Assembly (NCBI GenBank): GCA_004376785.1 | Contig: SOIY01000229.1 | Span: forward strand, 1 to 39,040 | Source of the DNA: Candidatus Stahliibacteriota bacterium | GTDB lineage: Bacteria; Hydrothermota; Tepidihabitantia; SM23-42 | DNA: 39,040 nucleotides | Direction of reading: 5' to 3' | In this document: one piece after another, positions 6,041-15,310 of the stretch | Layout: every line of letters starts with the position of its first letter | Position numbering within the stretch: the stretch's first letter is position 1 | Notes under the pieces: model-generated | The model's database searches: none | Seen by the model: the letters and a program-made list of their open reading frames with translations, nothing else | Told to the model about the DNA's origin: nothing | Position numbers and translations under genes: made by a program

Positions 6041-7429
6041 TTAACTATTTAATACCTTGTTTAGATATTTTTTGTTCTTAATATATTGCAAAGTTATTTG
6101 TATTAAGTCTATTCTATTGTTTAACTTTTTATTTCGTGTTACACGTTCTGTTAGATAGCTTAATAAATTATCGACCTCCTTTCCGGGTGGAATATTAAAT
6201 GTATCAATAATTATACGGTTGTTAATGTCAATAGCAATTCCTGAACTATCTTTACTATCAAACACTTTTTTTATCCGCTTTTCAAAGCAGATTTGTTTTG
6301 GCGTTACGGGATTTTTTTTTAATCCGTTACCTAGCCTCTCTGCTGCTCGGAGCTTAAATAATGGTAATTCACTAAGGTTTTTAATGTTATTTTTATTTAT
6401 TCCAACTCTCTTAATAAATCTCCTAACAGCAGCATTTGTAAATTCATTAGTATAGTGATACATGTGCATACGGACTAGATCTAAAACTGATTCTTTTGTT
6501 TTACCATCATACCTTAACCTGTTCAAAAAAGTCTGCGCTCTTTTTACACTGGCTATTTCGTGTTTATAAAAGGTTACTCGCCCGTTTATCATCTTCCTAG
6601 TGTCCGGTTTTCCTACGTCATGTAGTACAGCAGCAAGGCGGAGCACTAAATCGACCTCGATATTATCACATGTAAGAATATTATGAGTGAATACATCATA
6701 CTTATGATATCTCGCGTCCTGTGTCACACCCGCACATCTACTTAATTCTGGCATAACATAAACCAGCAATCCAACTTTTTGTAATAGTCTTAAATAAACA
6801 GATGGTTTACTGCTAAGTAGTATTTTATTTAATTCTTTGCGAATATCATCAGGGTATGCCCATGTTATTCTATGTCTATATTCTTTTATGAATCCCATTA
6901 AGTTCTTATTAATCTTATAACCAGTCAGTGCTGATAATGAGATAGCTCTTAGTATTCTTATTGGTGACCCGTTGCAAAAATGCGGAGTTGTATAAGATAT
7001 AACACGTAATTTAATATCATTTAATCCACCCAGTGGATCTATTACATCTTTCTTTGATGTAAAATTTATTGGTAAGTACAATGCATTTATTTTAAAATCT
7101 CTACATTTAGAATCCTGTCTGAGTGTGTTATTTTTATCGATAATATGTGACTTACCTCTTCTTGGTAAGGATATTTGTGCTTCTCTATTATCATTAGAAG
7201 CTCTGAATAATATAGTCTTCTGTTTAAAGATGTCGTCTGATTTAACTATCCTACATTTCCCATGTTTTCCAAGAAAATTAATTATTACATCTTTATTTAC
7301 CTTACGAATAACTATATCTAAGTTATTGCTTTTCTTATTACGTATATAATCTCGAACAAAACCACCAGATAAGAACACTTCTGCTTTCGTCTCGTTTTGT
7401 AAAAGCTTTAGTGCTTGTCGTGTGTCCAT
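6041..7429 (-). CDS. class-II tRNA nucleotidyltransferase (CCA-adding / poly(A) polymerase family) with HD domain
   Basis: SGGFVRDYIRNKKSNNLDIVI (GGxVRD head motif), RDFKINALY (RRDFTINA-like), SPIRILRAISLSALTGY (DPLRxLRAxRF-like), AAVLHDVGKP (HD motif). Confidence 0.85.
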   Translation of the reverse strand: MDTRQALKLLQNETKAEVFLSGGFVRDYIRNKKSNNLDIVIRKVNKDVIINFLGKHGKCRIVKSDDIFKQKTILFRASNDNREAQISLPRRGKSHIIDKNNTLRQDSKCRDFKINALYLPINFTSKKDVIDPLGGLNDIKLRVISYTTPHFCNGSPIRILRAISLSALTGYKINKNLMGFIKEYRHRITWAYPDDIRKELNKILLSSKPSVYLRLLQKVGLLVYVMPELSRCAGVTQDARYHKYDVFTHNILTCDNIEVDLVLRLAAVLHDVGKPDTRKMINGRVTFYKHEIASVKRAQTFLNRLRYDGKTKESVLDLVRMHMYHYTNEFTNAAVRRFIKRVGINKNNIKNLSELPLFKLRAAERLGNGLKKNPVTPKQICFEKRIKKVFDSKDSSGIAIDINNRIIIDTFNIPPGKEVDNLLSYLTERVTRNKKLNNRIDLIQITLQYIKNKKYLNKVLNS

Positions 7430-7459
7430 TTTTTTACTCCTTATATATTTCCTCCCATG

Positions 7460-7726
7460 TTATGACATTTTACTTATATAATCGGTCATTAGTTTTTTGT
7501 TATTTAATTTATCTTCTATTTGATCTACTAAAGTTTTGACTACATTGTGCAAATCTTCTCTCATTTCATTAAGTATAGTTTTAGCAAATTGATACGGTGC
7601 ACAGTTATCCTCAGAGCATTCCTGACCATTTGGTTGCTGAACGCATGCCTTACAAGCATGATCTTCTCTTGCTATAACTCTCCATTTACATACTGCTGCT
7701 ATTTTTTTGAATTCCATTAGAATCAC
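7460..7726 (-). CDS. Cys-rich hypothetical protein
   Basis: 88 aa from a GTG start; an in-frame ATG lies at 7717. Contains CKWRV...HACKACVQQPNGQECSEDNC. Confidence 0.5.
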   Translation of the reverse strand: MILMEFKKIAAVCKWRVIAREDHACKACVQQPNGQECSEDNCAPYQFAKTILNEMREDLHNVVKTLVDQIEDKLNNKKLMTDYISKMS

Positions 7727-7732
7727 ACCATC

Positions 7733-8086
7733 CTATATATTTTTTATATTTCTAAGTTTTTTTAATGCTTCATCTATATGATGGTAAGTAAGGTGCTCGA
7801 CCTTAAGAATATTTATAACTTTATCTACCTCCTCCTGTTTTTTAGATTTTACAAAGACATTATTTGGGTCACTATCATCAGCAATAATAGTAGGCGTTTC
7901 AAGATTAGTTTCTTCACCGGTGTCTTCATTATGAATAGAAATATAACCAATTGTATTTACATAATCACTACCATCAGTATCACCTTGCCCCTGTTTTGCC
8001 AGGTGGATAGCATCGTCAATATCTTCAGCGGTAAGACAAAGATAAGAATGCCATATTTCTTTAGTGGTAATACAATATTCAGGCAT
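7733..8086 (-). CDS. acidic hypothetical protein
   Basis: 117-aa ORF. Its start overlaps the stop of the sigma-factor gene (ATGA-type junction). Confidence 0.55.
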   Translation of the reverse strand: MPEYCITTKEIWHSYLCLTAEDIDDAIHLAKQGQGDTDGSDYVNTIGYISIHNEDTGEETNLETPTIIADDSDPNNVFVKSKKQEEVDKVINILKVEHLTYHHIDEALKKLRNIKNI

Positions 8087-8898
8087 TATAGACCCTCTTT
8101 CAGTTCATCTTTAAACCTGTCTCTCATCTTATCTATTTGCTGTTTTACCCAAGGTCCGGTCCTTTTCGGTATTTGCTCATAACCTATCTCTTTGTATGTT
8201 TTATTAGCCATTATACCTTCAGCTATAGAAAGTTCAGTCTCTGTCATATAGTCCTTTAATTTACTAACTAACAGAGCAGCAGCTACTAGCTGTTTTTCTC
8301 TAAGGAATACTTCTTCCTGGGAGATCTCGTCTTCATCTAAACTTACTGCCGTAGGTATATGTTCCGACCTATCTATAATTCTTTCATAGGGTATGTTTAT
8401 ATTCTTTGATAAGCGTTTTAACTTTTTGAAGAATTTATTACACTCGGCTTTATCATTTTTGGTAACCGCTTCATTGTTTACCTCTCCACTAAGTAGTACA
8501 TCTTGTGAATCGATATTATACTTACTCAATATAAATTTGATGCCGTTTATATACACATTTGCAGTTTTAACATACGAAGGAATGCTAACAATTGTTCTGT
8601 TTTCTCTGTAATAATCATTTAAAGCATTCTTAATCTTATAAATCGCAAATGTTTTAAAGTTATCACTACGGGTATGATCAAAGTCTCTTTTTGCTCTTGC
8701 TAATCCTATCAAAGCCGTTCCGAATAAATCTTCTTTGTCTATACCAGACCACATGGAATAGCCGCCTGCCATAATATTTAACAGTTTTGAAAAGTCACTA
8801 AATACAGCTTCAGCTTCTTCTGGTGTTTCACCTAGATAATAATCAAGAAAAACTTCTTCTTTCTTTTTAACTGGTGATTGGGTTATTATATCTACCAT
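8086..8898 (-). CDS. sigma-70-family RNA polymerase sigma factor
   Basis: DLFGTALIGLARAKRDFDHTRSDNFKTFAIYKIKNALNDYYRENRTIVSIPSYV aligns with sigma region 2.1-2.4 ([37 protein letters not shown]...ARTIRIP). The C-terminal TYKEIGYEQIPKRTGPWVKQQIDKM looks like a region-4 HTH. Confidence 0.85.
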   Translation of the reverse strand: MVDIITQSPVKKKEEVFLDYYLGETPEEAEAVFSDFSKLLNIMAGGYSMWSGIDKEDLFGTALIGLARAKRDFDHTRSDNFKTFAIYKIKNALNDYYRENRTIVSIPSYVKTANVYINGIKFILSKYNIDSQDVLLSGEVNNEAVTKNDKAECNKFFKKLKRLSKNINIPYERIIDRSEHIPTAVSLDEDEISQEEVFLREKQLVAAALLVSKLKDYMTETELSIAEGIMANKTYKEIGYEQIPKRTGPWVKQQIDKMRDRFKDELKEGL

Positions 8899-8904
8899 TG
8901 TGAA

Positions 8905-9894
8905 CTAGCTCCTTACGTAATTAGCAGGTATTTCTATCTTATTTCTTTCAACATCTATATGATTATTCTTTTCAAGATGTTTGCGGCCTACCGAAGTTAT
9001 TACTCTTCCCTTTCCACTTCGTAACATAAGTCCTTCTTGTATTAAGAATGGTTCAATAGTGTTTTTGATATTTTTAATAGATTCATTAGTATTAATTGCT
9101 AAATTGTCAAGACCTATTGGTTCTTTATTATTGTATAACATTTTAAGTATTTTTATTTCTGCCAGAGTTAATCCTTTGGAATCGATACCCATCAATTTAA
9201 AGTTCTCTATAACTGTGTCACTTGTGATAACGTTTGCTTCAATATAGATAGTATAATCTCTACTACGTTCTAAGTAACTAACAGCAGTTCTAGGGATACC
9301 TCTACTGCGTTGTGCTATAACCCTCGTTGCTTTGTTGGTTATAATAGTTTTCTTGTTTTTGGCATGCATCCTTACAATTTCTGTAATTTCATCTTTGGAA
9401 TATGTCTCAAATAGAAAACGTAATTTAAATTTCTCTCTGAAGGGCTTAGATAATTCACCGTCGTCGGTTGTTGCGCCTATGATAGTAAAGTAAGGAATCC
9501 AATAAAATTTATTAGGTTTGCCTGTCTCTAACATAAACTTTTCCATGGCTATACCCATAACTTCTTGGCCTTTACGCCCCATCTGATGTATTTCATCAAA
9601 GAAGATAATTGTTGGTCTAACGATTCCCTTTCTATTGCCATATTTGTCGTAATTATTGTGGTCCAACTTATCCAAAGTTTTAAGTATTGCTTCACGATCT
9701 TGCATTTCATGTGGTGAAACCGCTAAAAAATCAACGCCGGATAATTTTGCCATTTCCATAGCCATTGTTGTCTTTCCACAACCAGCAGCTCCTGAAAATA
9801 ACATATGTGGTATGTTTTCATTTCTACTTTTAGCTGATCCTATAGCTATTTGAATTTGCTTTTTATTATTCTTATGCCCAATTAGATTATCCAT
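8905..9894 (-). CDS. ruvB: RuvB-like Holliday-junction branch-migration AAA+ ATPase
   Basis: Walker A HMLFSGAAGCGKTT, Walker B IIFFDEIHQM, sensor GATTDDGELSKPFREKF, RSRGIPRTAVSYLERSRDY (RuvB: ARGTPRIANRLLRRVRDF). C-terminal PIGLDNLAINTNESIKNIKNTIEPFLIQEGLMLRSGKGR matches RuvB [36 protein letters not shown]. Confidence 0.9.
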   Translation of the reverse strand: MDNLIGHKNNKKQIQIAIGSAKSRNENIPHMLFSGAAGCGKTTMAMEMAKLSGVDFLAVSPHEMQDREAILKTLDKLDHNNYDKYGNRKGIVRPTIIFFDEIHQMGRKGQEVMGIAMEKFMLETGKPNKFYWIPYFTIIGATTDDGELSKPFREKFKLRFLFETYSKDEITEIVRMHAKNKKTIITNKATRVIAQRSRGIPRTAVSYLERSRDYTIYIEANVITSDTVIENFKLMGIDSKGLTLAEIKILKMLYNNKEPIGLDNLAINTNESIKNIKNTIEPFLIQEGLMLRSGKGRVITSVGRKHLEKNNHIDVERNKIEIPANYVRS

Positions 9895-9896
9895 AT

Positions 9897-10595
9897 TTAT
9901 CCAGCAACATATCCAATTCGCTTCTCCTTAGTTTTTTCCTCCTCTTGCTTTTTACTTGGTACAACATCAGACTCGTATTCGCCAGCTGCAATCATTAACA
10001 CTTTCTTCTTCATCAGATTAAGCGCTTTAACTCCTGGTATATCATCACCTCGTTTAAATACAGTAGGTATTTTGCGTAATTCTTCCTGCCGTTTCTCTTC
10101 CTTTTCTCTCGTTTCTTTCTTCTTTTCCCATTCACTTGTACCACTACTGTACTGGTATGCATTATTATGGAAACAATTAGCTGGTTTTACTTTTTTAATT
10201 CCACCAGGGAGGTCTGTATAATTATACACATCAATAATCTCCGGATCGTTCTTAACCATTCTTTTATCCTTTGTCAATCTATCAAGAAAATCTAATAACA
10301 GATTGCCAGCTTTTTTCTGATCAGCTTCATGTGATTTAAAAAGTGCTAGTTCTTTTGTATTATCACATCTTGAGCTTATTGACATAATATTAAAATTGTC
10401 AAGGTTAAGAGCATGTATGTTGTTCTCGCTTCTTTCTTTCTCGATTAGGACATACGAAACAATCTCTGGATTCTCCGTAGCGCCGTTTGATCTTATTTTC
10501 ATACCTTTGAACAGACCGTACTCTACAGATGTTGTATTAGTGCCCCCTTTCTTTAAGAGTTCTACAGCAACAAATCTAATTTTGGACTGACTCAT
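9897..10595 (-). CDS. hypothetical protein (232 aa; charged KE-rich C-terminal third)
   Basis: ORF coupled to the GNAT gene by a 4-nt overlap. No motif recognised. Confidence 0.6.
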   Translation of the reverse strand: MSQSKIRFVAVELLKKGGTNTTSVEYGLFKGMKIRSNGATENPEIVSYVLIEKERSENNIHALNLDNFNIMSISSRCDNTKELALFKSHEADQKKAGNLLLDFLDRLTKDKRMVKNDPEIIDVYNYTDLPGGIKKVKPANCFHNNAYQYSSGTSEWEKKKETREKEEKRQEELRKIPTVFKRGDDIPGVKALNLMKKKVLMIAAGEYESDVVPSKKQEEEKTKEKRIGYVAG

Positions 10596-11020
10596 TTGAT
10601 ACCCCCACTCCTTCCTAGTGTTAAGACATAATGATTTCTTGACCAGATTTTATTTACAAAAACATAACCAAGTGATAAGTTCATTTTAATACTTGGTATA
10701 TTATCTTCCCTTACTGTTGAGAAAATATAACTTGTATCACAGTTTTGGATAGCCAGAAGTTTTAGCTTCTTGGCTATCCCTCTTCTACGAAACTCAGGAC
10801 TGACACATGTATGGAAATTCCTGCTTAAATTTTCTTCTTCCTTTATTAACGCGGTGCAACCTACTACTCTGTCATTTACAACCTCTACAAAGTAGTTAGC
10901 TATACTACTTAACACGGAGTATGCAGTATGTTTTCTATACAGCTGATTATGTGCGTTTATTAAACCAGCTATTTGCTCAGCCATTTCAGTGTTAGATAGT
11001 GATACATAAAACTCAGCCAT
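10592..11020 (-). CDS. GNAT-family N-acetyltransferase
   Basis: VVGCTALIKEE...FHTCVSPEFRRRGIAKKL is a GNAT motif A (V-x-P-x-x-R-G-x-G-I-like acetyl-CoA pyrophosphate loop). The start shares a base with the stop of the ATP-grasp gene. Confidence 0.7.
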   Translation of the reverse strand: MAEFYVSLSNTEMAEQIAGLINAHNQLYRKHTAYSVLSSIANYFVEVVNDRVVGCTALIKEEENLSRNFHTCVSPEFRRRGIAKKLKLLAIQNCDTSYIFSTVREDNIPSIKMNLSLGYVFVNKIWSRNHYVLTLGRSGGIK

Positions 11021-12132
11021 TAACCAAACATCCTTTGAGCAACCTTGTTCACAGCATCTTTCTCTGAGTCATCACCGCAGTTATCCAGCATATCTGCAAG
11101 CATTCTCAGCTTTTCCGGATCTATTTTACTGCCCTTCTCAGGTTTCTTTTCTCCCTTTGATAATACTCCTTTGATTTTAGACAGCACTTTACCACCTTTT
11201 TCGGGCTTCTTAGGGCTAAGTATGTCATCGATCACCTTCGTGAATGTTTCTACATACTTCTTGAACGATGTTCCTTCCAGTCCAGGTCCTGTGTTGACCT
11301 CTATGATCCATGCTTTACCTTCAGTGTCCACTACACAATCAACAGCACCAAATTCAAGTTCTAGCGCTCTTAATGCTTTTATACTCTCAACAATCAGATC
11401 ATGTGGTATGTTCTCTGGTTTTACCGATGAGAATTTCCAGCCACGTGTATTGGAACGCACTATGTTGTCAGCGCCAGCAATTTTTTTGCCCTGATATTCA
11501 AGTGCATACTTCAATGTCTCGTCGTTAAGATCAACCCCTTTCTTTTCAGCCATACGTCTGATCTTGTCACTCTGTTGCTCGATGTATGCCTCAGTTAAAT
11601 TATTTCTTCTTTTCTTTTTAACTGCATAAATCAGATTGTCCAAAACTATATGAAGTCGGTATTCTTCTTTTACATCAATATAATTCTGGAAATATCCTTT
11701 TTTACTGAGTTTATTATTTAACACATCAATAACGTCATCAACATGTGTTTTTGTTAAACAGGTGAAGAAATTAGCCCCACCTTGGTGGTAGTTGGTTCTA
11801 CCTATTACCGGCAACGCCATCGGGTTTTTGGTTGCTGCCAAATCTTTCATCACATTTTCTGCCGAAGAAAACGGAGCTATATTTACCTTAGCGGCACGCA
11901 TTAACTCCAAAGCAGTAAACTTATTCCGGTTAGTTCTGATTTTGTTAGGGTGATTCAACACTTTGGCTTTACCGAGGTCGATATTTTCCTTAGTTTTGGT
12001 GCCCCATCCTATAACTATTGCTTTGGTTTTGCCGGCAGATTTTACACCACCTTGAATGTCCAGCGCTTTTGCCAATAACCCACCAGTCTTGTCTGTTGCT
12101 CCACTGTAATTAATATAAACATTATTTTTCAT
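11020..12132 (-). CDS. RimK-like ATP-grasp ligase
   Basis: EYRLHIV, then LEFGAVDCVVDTEGKAWIIEVNTGPGLEGTS, close to RimK LGLDVAGVDIL...LVMEVNASPGLEGIE. KE/KG-rich C-terminal tail. Confidence 0.85.
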   Translation of the reverse strand: MKNNVYINYSGATDKTGGLLAKALDIQGGVKSAGKTKAIVIGWGTKTKENIDLGKAKVLNHPNKIRTNRNKFTALELMRAAKVNIAPFSSAENVMKDLAATKNPMALPVIGRTNYHQGGANFFTCLTKTHVDDVIDVLNNKLSKKGYFQNYIDVKEEYRLHIVLDNLIYAVKKKRRNNLTEAYIEQQSDKIRRMAEKKGVDLNDETLKYALEYQGKKIAGADNIVRSNTRGWKFSSVKPENIPHDLIVESIKALRALELEFGAVDCVVDTEGKAWIIEVNTGPGLEGTSFKKYVETFTKVIDDILSPKKPEKGGKVLSKIKGVLSKGEKKPEKGSKIDPEKLRMLADMLDNCGDDSEKDAVNKVAQRMFG

Positions 12133-12202
12133 TTGTCAAGTCTCCTTTAGCATTTTTTTAAGTTTTATTTTTCTGGATGAATTTTAACATTCGACCATGA
12201 TG

Positions 12203-13507
12203 TTAAATATCAACTGTAAATTTCTTGCTTCCCAACCAGTTTTCTTTTATATTCCTATTCCATTTGTTAATGTTAGGTATCGGTATGGTTAATATTTCCT
12301 TTAGACCATCTATATATTTTGAATACTTATTATACGTAGATAGTTTCCTCATCTTATTATGCCAATTAGATAAAAAGGTTTTGTCAATGTCACTACTTTT
12401 GGAATTATTTAATATTATTGTCAACTCTTTAGATGACATGCAGGTATTAGTATCTTTACAAATAGGTAAATTGTGCCAATCCTTAAACGAATCTGCAAGG
12501 AAGTAATCCCTTGGCCGGTCTGCATACTTTTTAGGTACGATATATCCATGATTAAAGTTCTCATTTGCCCATCTTTTAAAAACATCATCAGTAATTGCTT
12601 TAGCTGTACCTATTACGCATTTAGCTAGTGATGGGTGCATTAACCACATCCCACTCAGTGTTCTGTGTTCTAATCTTCCATCACATGTTCTCCATTCTCC
12701 AAAGTACCCCCAGCCGCCTGTAATACTCATTTGACATTGAGTTCTTCTTTTGTTTCCCATGTCATTGTCTAAACGTATACATGGAATGGCTAATAATTCG
12801 TCCATGATTTTGTTTAGAACATTAAAAAACATCTCTCTCTTACTCAACGTCATTTGAGCTACTTTCAGCGGATTTCCAATGTGAATATGTCCGCCCATCG
12901 GATAATCTCTGCTGTTATCTTTGTGATAACAACCAGCTACCCAATTATATTTAGTAATTGGACCGGTAAGTTCTTTATTAGAGAAAATAGATCTGATATT
13001 TTTTATTAATCCCTCAGGTGTTATAGATGGTTCAGGCCTAATTTCTGCCATAGCCCCATCACATCCTAGGACACCATGTTTACCCATAAGGTTGTTTGCT
13101 CTGACTACATTACCGTCTTTATCAAATAATAAAAATTCAGGATCAGCGCCTATTACCGTATCATGGACGCCTGTAGAAATCCACACGCTCTGTTCGTTTT
13201 TTCCATTAGTAATTCTATTCCATATTTTTGTTGTAACGAAACCTACTCTGTTCATATCCACATTTTTAGAGTCTTTGATCCCGTTTAAATCTTCTGAATA
13301 AGCATGAAATATGTTAAGTAAGATAGCACTTTTCTTACGGTCAGCGGCAGTATCACCTGCTGACCATATTTCTACCTGGTCTTCAGTAAATTTCATGAAT
13401 TGTCTAGCTTTTTTTGACATACGAATAAGATTACTTTCATCTCTGTTTTCTTTCTTATTCTTATCCATTGAACTAGACGGCAGTAGAATTAGCTTTTTCT
13501 TGGTCAT
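12203..13507 (-). CDS. phiEco32-type COOH-NH2 ligase (glutamine synthetase/GCS-fold amidoligase), copy 1
   Basis: IGADPEFLLFDKDGNVV, GCDGAMAEIRPEPS, MGGHIHIG and RLEHRTLSGMW. The same motif order occurs in 18673..19830 and 32959..33867. Start placed at the ATG at 13507, preceded by GGGAG; the longest ORF starts at 13519. Confidence 0.75.
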   Translation of the reverse strand: MTKKKLILLPSSSMDKNKKENRDESNLIRMSKKARQFMKFTEDQVEIWSAGDTAADRKKSAILLNIFHAYSEDLNGIKDSKNVDMNRVGFVTTKIWNRITNGKNEQSVWISTGVHDTVIGADPEFLLFDKDGNVVRANNLMGKHGVLGCDGAMAEIRPEPSITPEGLIKNIRSIFSNKELTGPITKYNWVAGCYHKDNSRDYPMGGHIHIGNPLKVAQMTLSKREMFFNVLNKIMDELLAIPCIRLDNDMGNKRRTQCQMSITGGWGYFGEWRTCDGRLEHRTLSGMWLMHPSLAKCVIGTAKAITDDVFKRWANENFNHGYIVPKKYADRPRDYFLADSFKDWHNLPICKDTNTCMSSKELTIILNNSKSSDIDKTFLSNWHNKMRKLSTYNKYSKYIDGLKEILTIPIPNINKWNRNIKENWLGSKKFTVDI

Positions 13508-15290
13508 TTTGGCTCCCAATTTCTATCTTTATTTTCTTTAATAGAATAACTTTTTCCATGTCTCCTACAGAAAATGCGTCTGAAAGAGCTTCGTAATCAA
13601 GCTTAGTATCTTTTACTTCGTTACTGACGAGTTTATCTATATTTGCTCCGCCTATCTCAAACGCCGATTTGTCAACAATTGAACTACCCAATTTTATAAC
13701 TGTTTTTAAGGTAGATATCTTTTTTGTAGCTTTTCTAAGTTTCCTAATAAGGACCCTAGTTGCATCAGTTCCTCCTATAGTTTCTTCCTCACCTTTTCTG
13801 CATATATAACCAGCCATGAATCCCTGTTTTAATATAAACTTCTTAATCCTGTTGGCTAAAGCATAGATAGGTAATGGTTTTAGAACAGATACATCAGATA
13901 GATCTAATTCATCTGCTACTTCCTCATCACTTTCATATTTTACTATACCTTCTCCAACAAAACTGTCAGCTTTCTTAAGTGCCTCAGGATCCTGACTCAT
14001 ATCTACCTCCCTTATTGTAGCCTCTTCGTTTTTTTTATGCTCCGTTAATTTAGCCTTAGAAGTAACAAGGTTTTCTACCTTACCTTCCTCAATTTCTGTT
14101 ATATCTATACTATTTACTACTTCCTTTTTACCTGAGGATTCTATTTGGATTATTTCACCTTTTTTTACTTCTATTTCGACTGATTTATAGACTTTAGTTT
14201 TTTCTATATCTTTTTGAGTTTTATATTTGTCCAGCGATTTGCTCCAGATTAGCCCGTCTATGTCTTTATCCTTATCTTTGTCTTTATCATCTTCTTCTTC
14301 TTTCTTATGTACACTGGTGTTCACTTCAGTATTTTTTTTGCTATTCACTCCCTGATAATGGTTATAGTTGTTATTATTATAGGTAGTGCTAGTGGTTCTC
14401 CAGATTTTCTTACCAAGAAGAGGTGCTTTTTCAGAGTTATATAAATCTCTTATTGAGGTTTTACTATCAATCTCTGTAGTCAAATCCCACAACGCAACAG
14501 TATCATCAGGAAGTGTGACGAAATCAACATCTTCTTTTTTGATATACGGAAGTTTAATCCCTCCAGAAGAAAATAATTTTCCCAGTTTGTTATATTCAAA
14601 AAGAATATTCTTTAGGAATTTCTCTTCTGAAGCTATAAATACTGTCTTTAGCGGTCTTACTAACACCATTTCGGCAGGTTTAGTATCTCTGAACTGAGCT
14701 ACCTGAAATGGATTGTTACCTGATATTGCTAGCACAGAATAGGTTCCTTGAAGCCTTCTACAAGTTTCTCTCAGCGCTTCTATTGTAAATGGTTCAGCCC
14801 CGTTTTTGGTATATTTGTGTAAAAGATGCGTAATAGCCTCAGTGTCAACCTCTGCATGTCTTTTACAATTGAGTTTGTCAAATATTATATCGTGGTTTGT
14901 TAATGTCCCATTGTGAATAACCATCATATTATCAACTTTTATAGGGTGGTTATTTTTATTATCATAGGAGTTACCTACTGAAGATTTCCTACAATGACCT
15001 AGAAAAACCTTCATAATTTTAGGATATTCTCTCCATAACTTTAGAATTCCTTCGTAATTTTTCTCAGTTTCACCGTACCTTGCTATAAAATCTGGGGCAG
15101 GTATGCCCATTTTCAACCCAGTGTAATTGCCATCAGACCAAAGTAATGATACACCAGTAGCATCTTTACCTCTTTCAACAGTTTTTTGGAGTAGCTGAGT
15201 TGTAATAAAAATAGACGACTCTCTTCTAACTCTTTCATCGGTTTTTGATTCAAATTTATCAAAGGCTAGTGCCCCTACAATTCCGCACAT
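13473..15290 (-). CDS. class-II (Ntn) glutamine amidotransferase domain protein with long C-terminal extension
   Basis: N-terminal MCGIVGA (catalytic Cys2), GHCRKSSVGN...NNHP and VIHNGTLTNHD match GlmS/PurF/AsnB-type GATase_2. About 300 further residues include an EEEDDKDKDKDKD tract. Confidence 0.8.
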   Translation of the reverse strand: MCGIVGALAFDKFESKTDERVRRESSIFITTQLLQKTVERGKDATGVSLLWSDGNYTGLKMGIPAPDFIARYGETEKNYEGILKLWREYPKIMKVFLGHCRKSSVGNSYDNKNNHPIKVDNMMVIHNGTLTNHDIIFDKLNCKRHAEVDTEAITHLLHKYTKNGAEPFTIEALRETCRRLQGTYSVLAISGNNPFQVAQFRDTKPAEMVLVRPLKTVFIASEEKFLKNILFEYNKLGKLFSSGGIKLPYIKKEDVDFVTLPDDTVALWDLTTEIDSKTSIRDLYNSEKAPLLGKKIWRTTSTTYNNNNYNHYQGVNSKKNTEVNTSVHKKEEEDDKDKDKDKDIDGLIWSKSLDKYKTQKDIEKTKVYKSVEIEVKKGEIIQIESSGKKEVVNSIDITEIEEGKVENLVTSKAKLTEHKKNEEATIREVDMSQDPEALKKADSFVGEGIVKYESDEEVADELDLSDVSVLKPLPIYALANRIKKFILKQGFMAGYICRKGEEETIGGTDATRVLIRKLRKATKKISTLKTVIKLGSSIVDKSAFEIGGANIDKLVSNEVKDTKLDYEALSDAFSVGDMEKVILLKKIKIEIGSQNDQEKANSTAV

Positions 15291-15310
15291 ATATTTTTCT
15301 CCTTTAAAAG

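Noticed and set aside
10592-12132. ATP-grasp plus GNAT pair as a microviridin/graspetide-type RiPP cassette.
   Set aside because: No small precursor-peptide gene with a Thr/Ser/Lys-Asp/Glu-rich core is adjacent, and no transporter or protease is present. The ATP-grasp matches the RimK loop closely, and the surrounding GS-fold ligases and Ntn amidotransferases fit the phiEco32-type amidoligase context better. It is not fully excluded.
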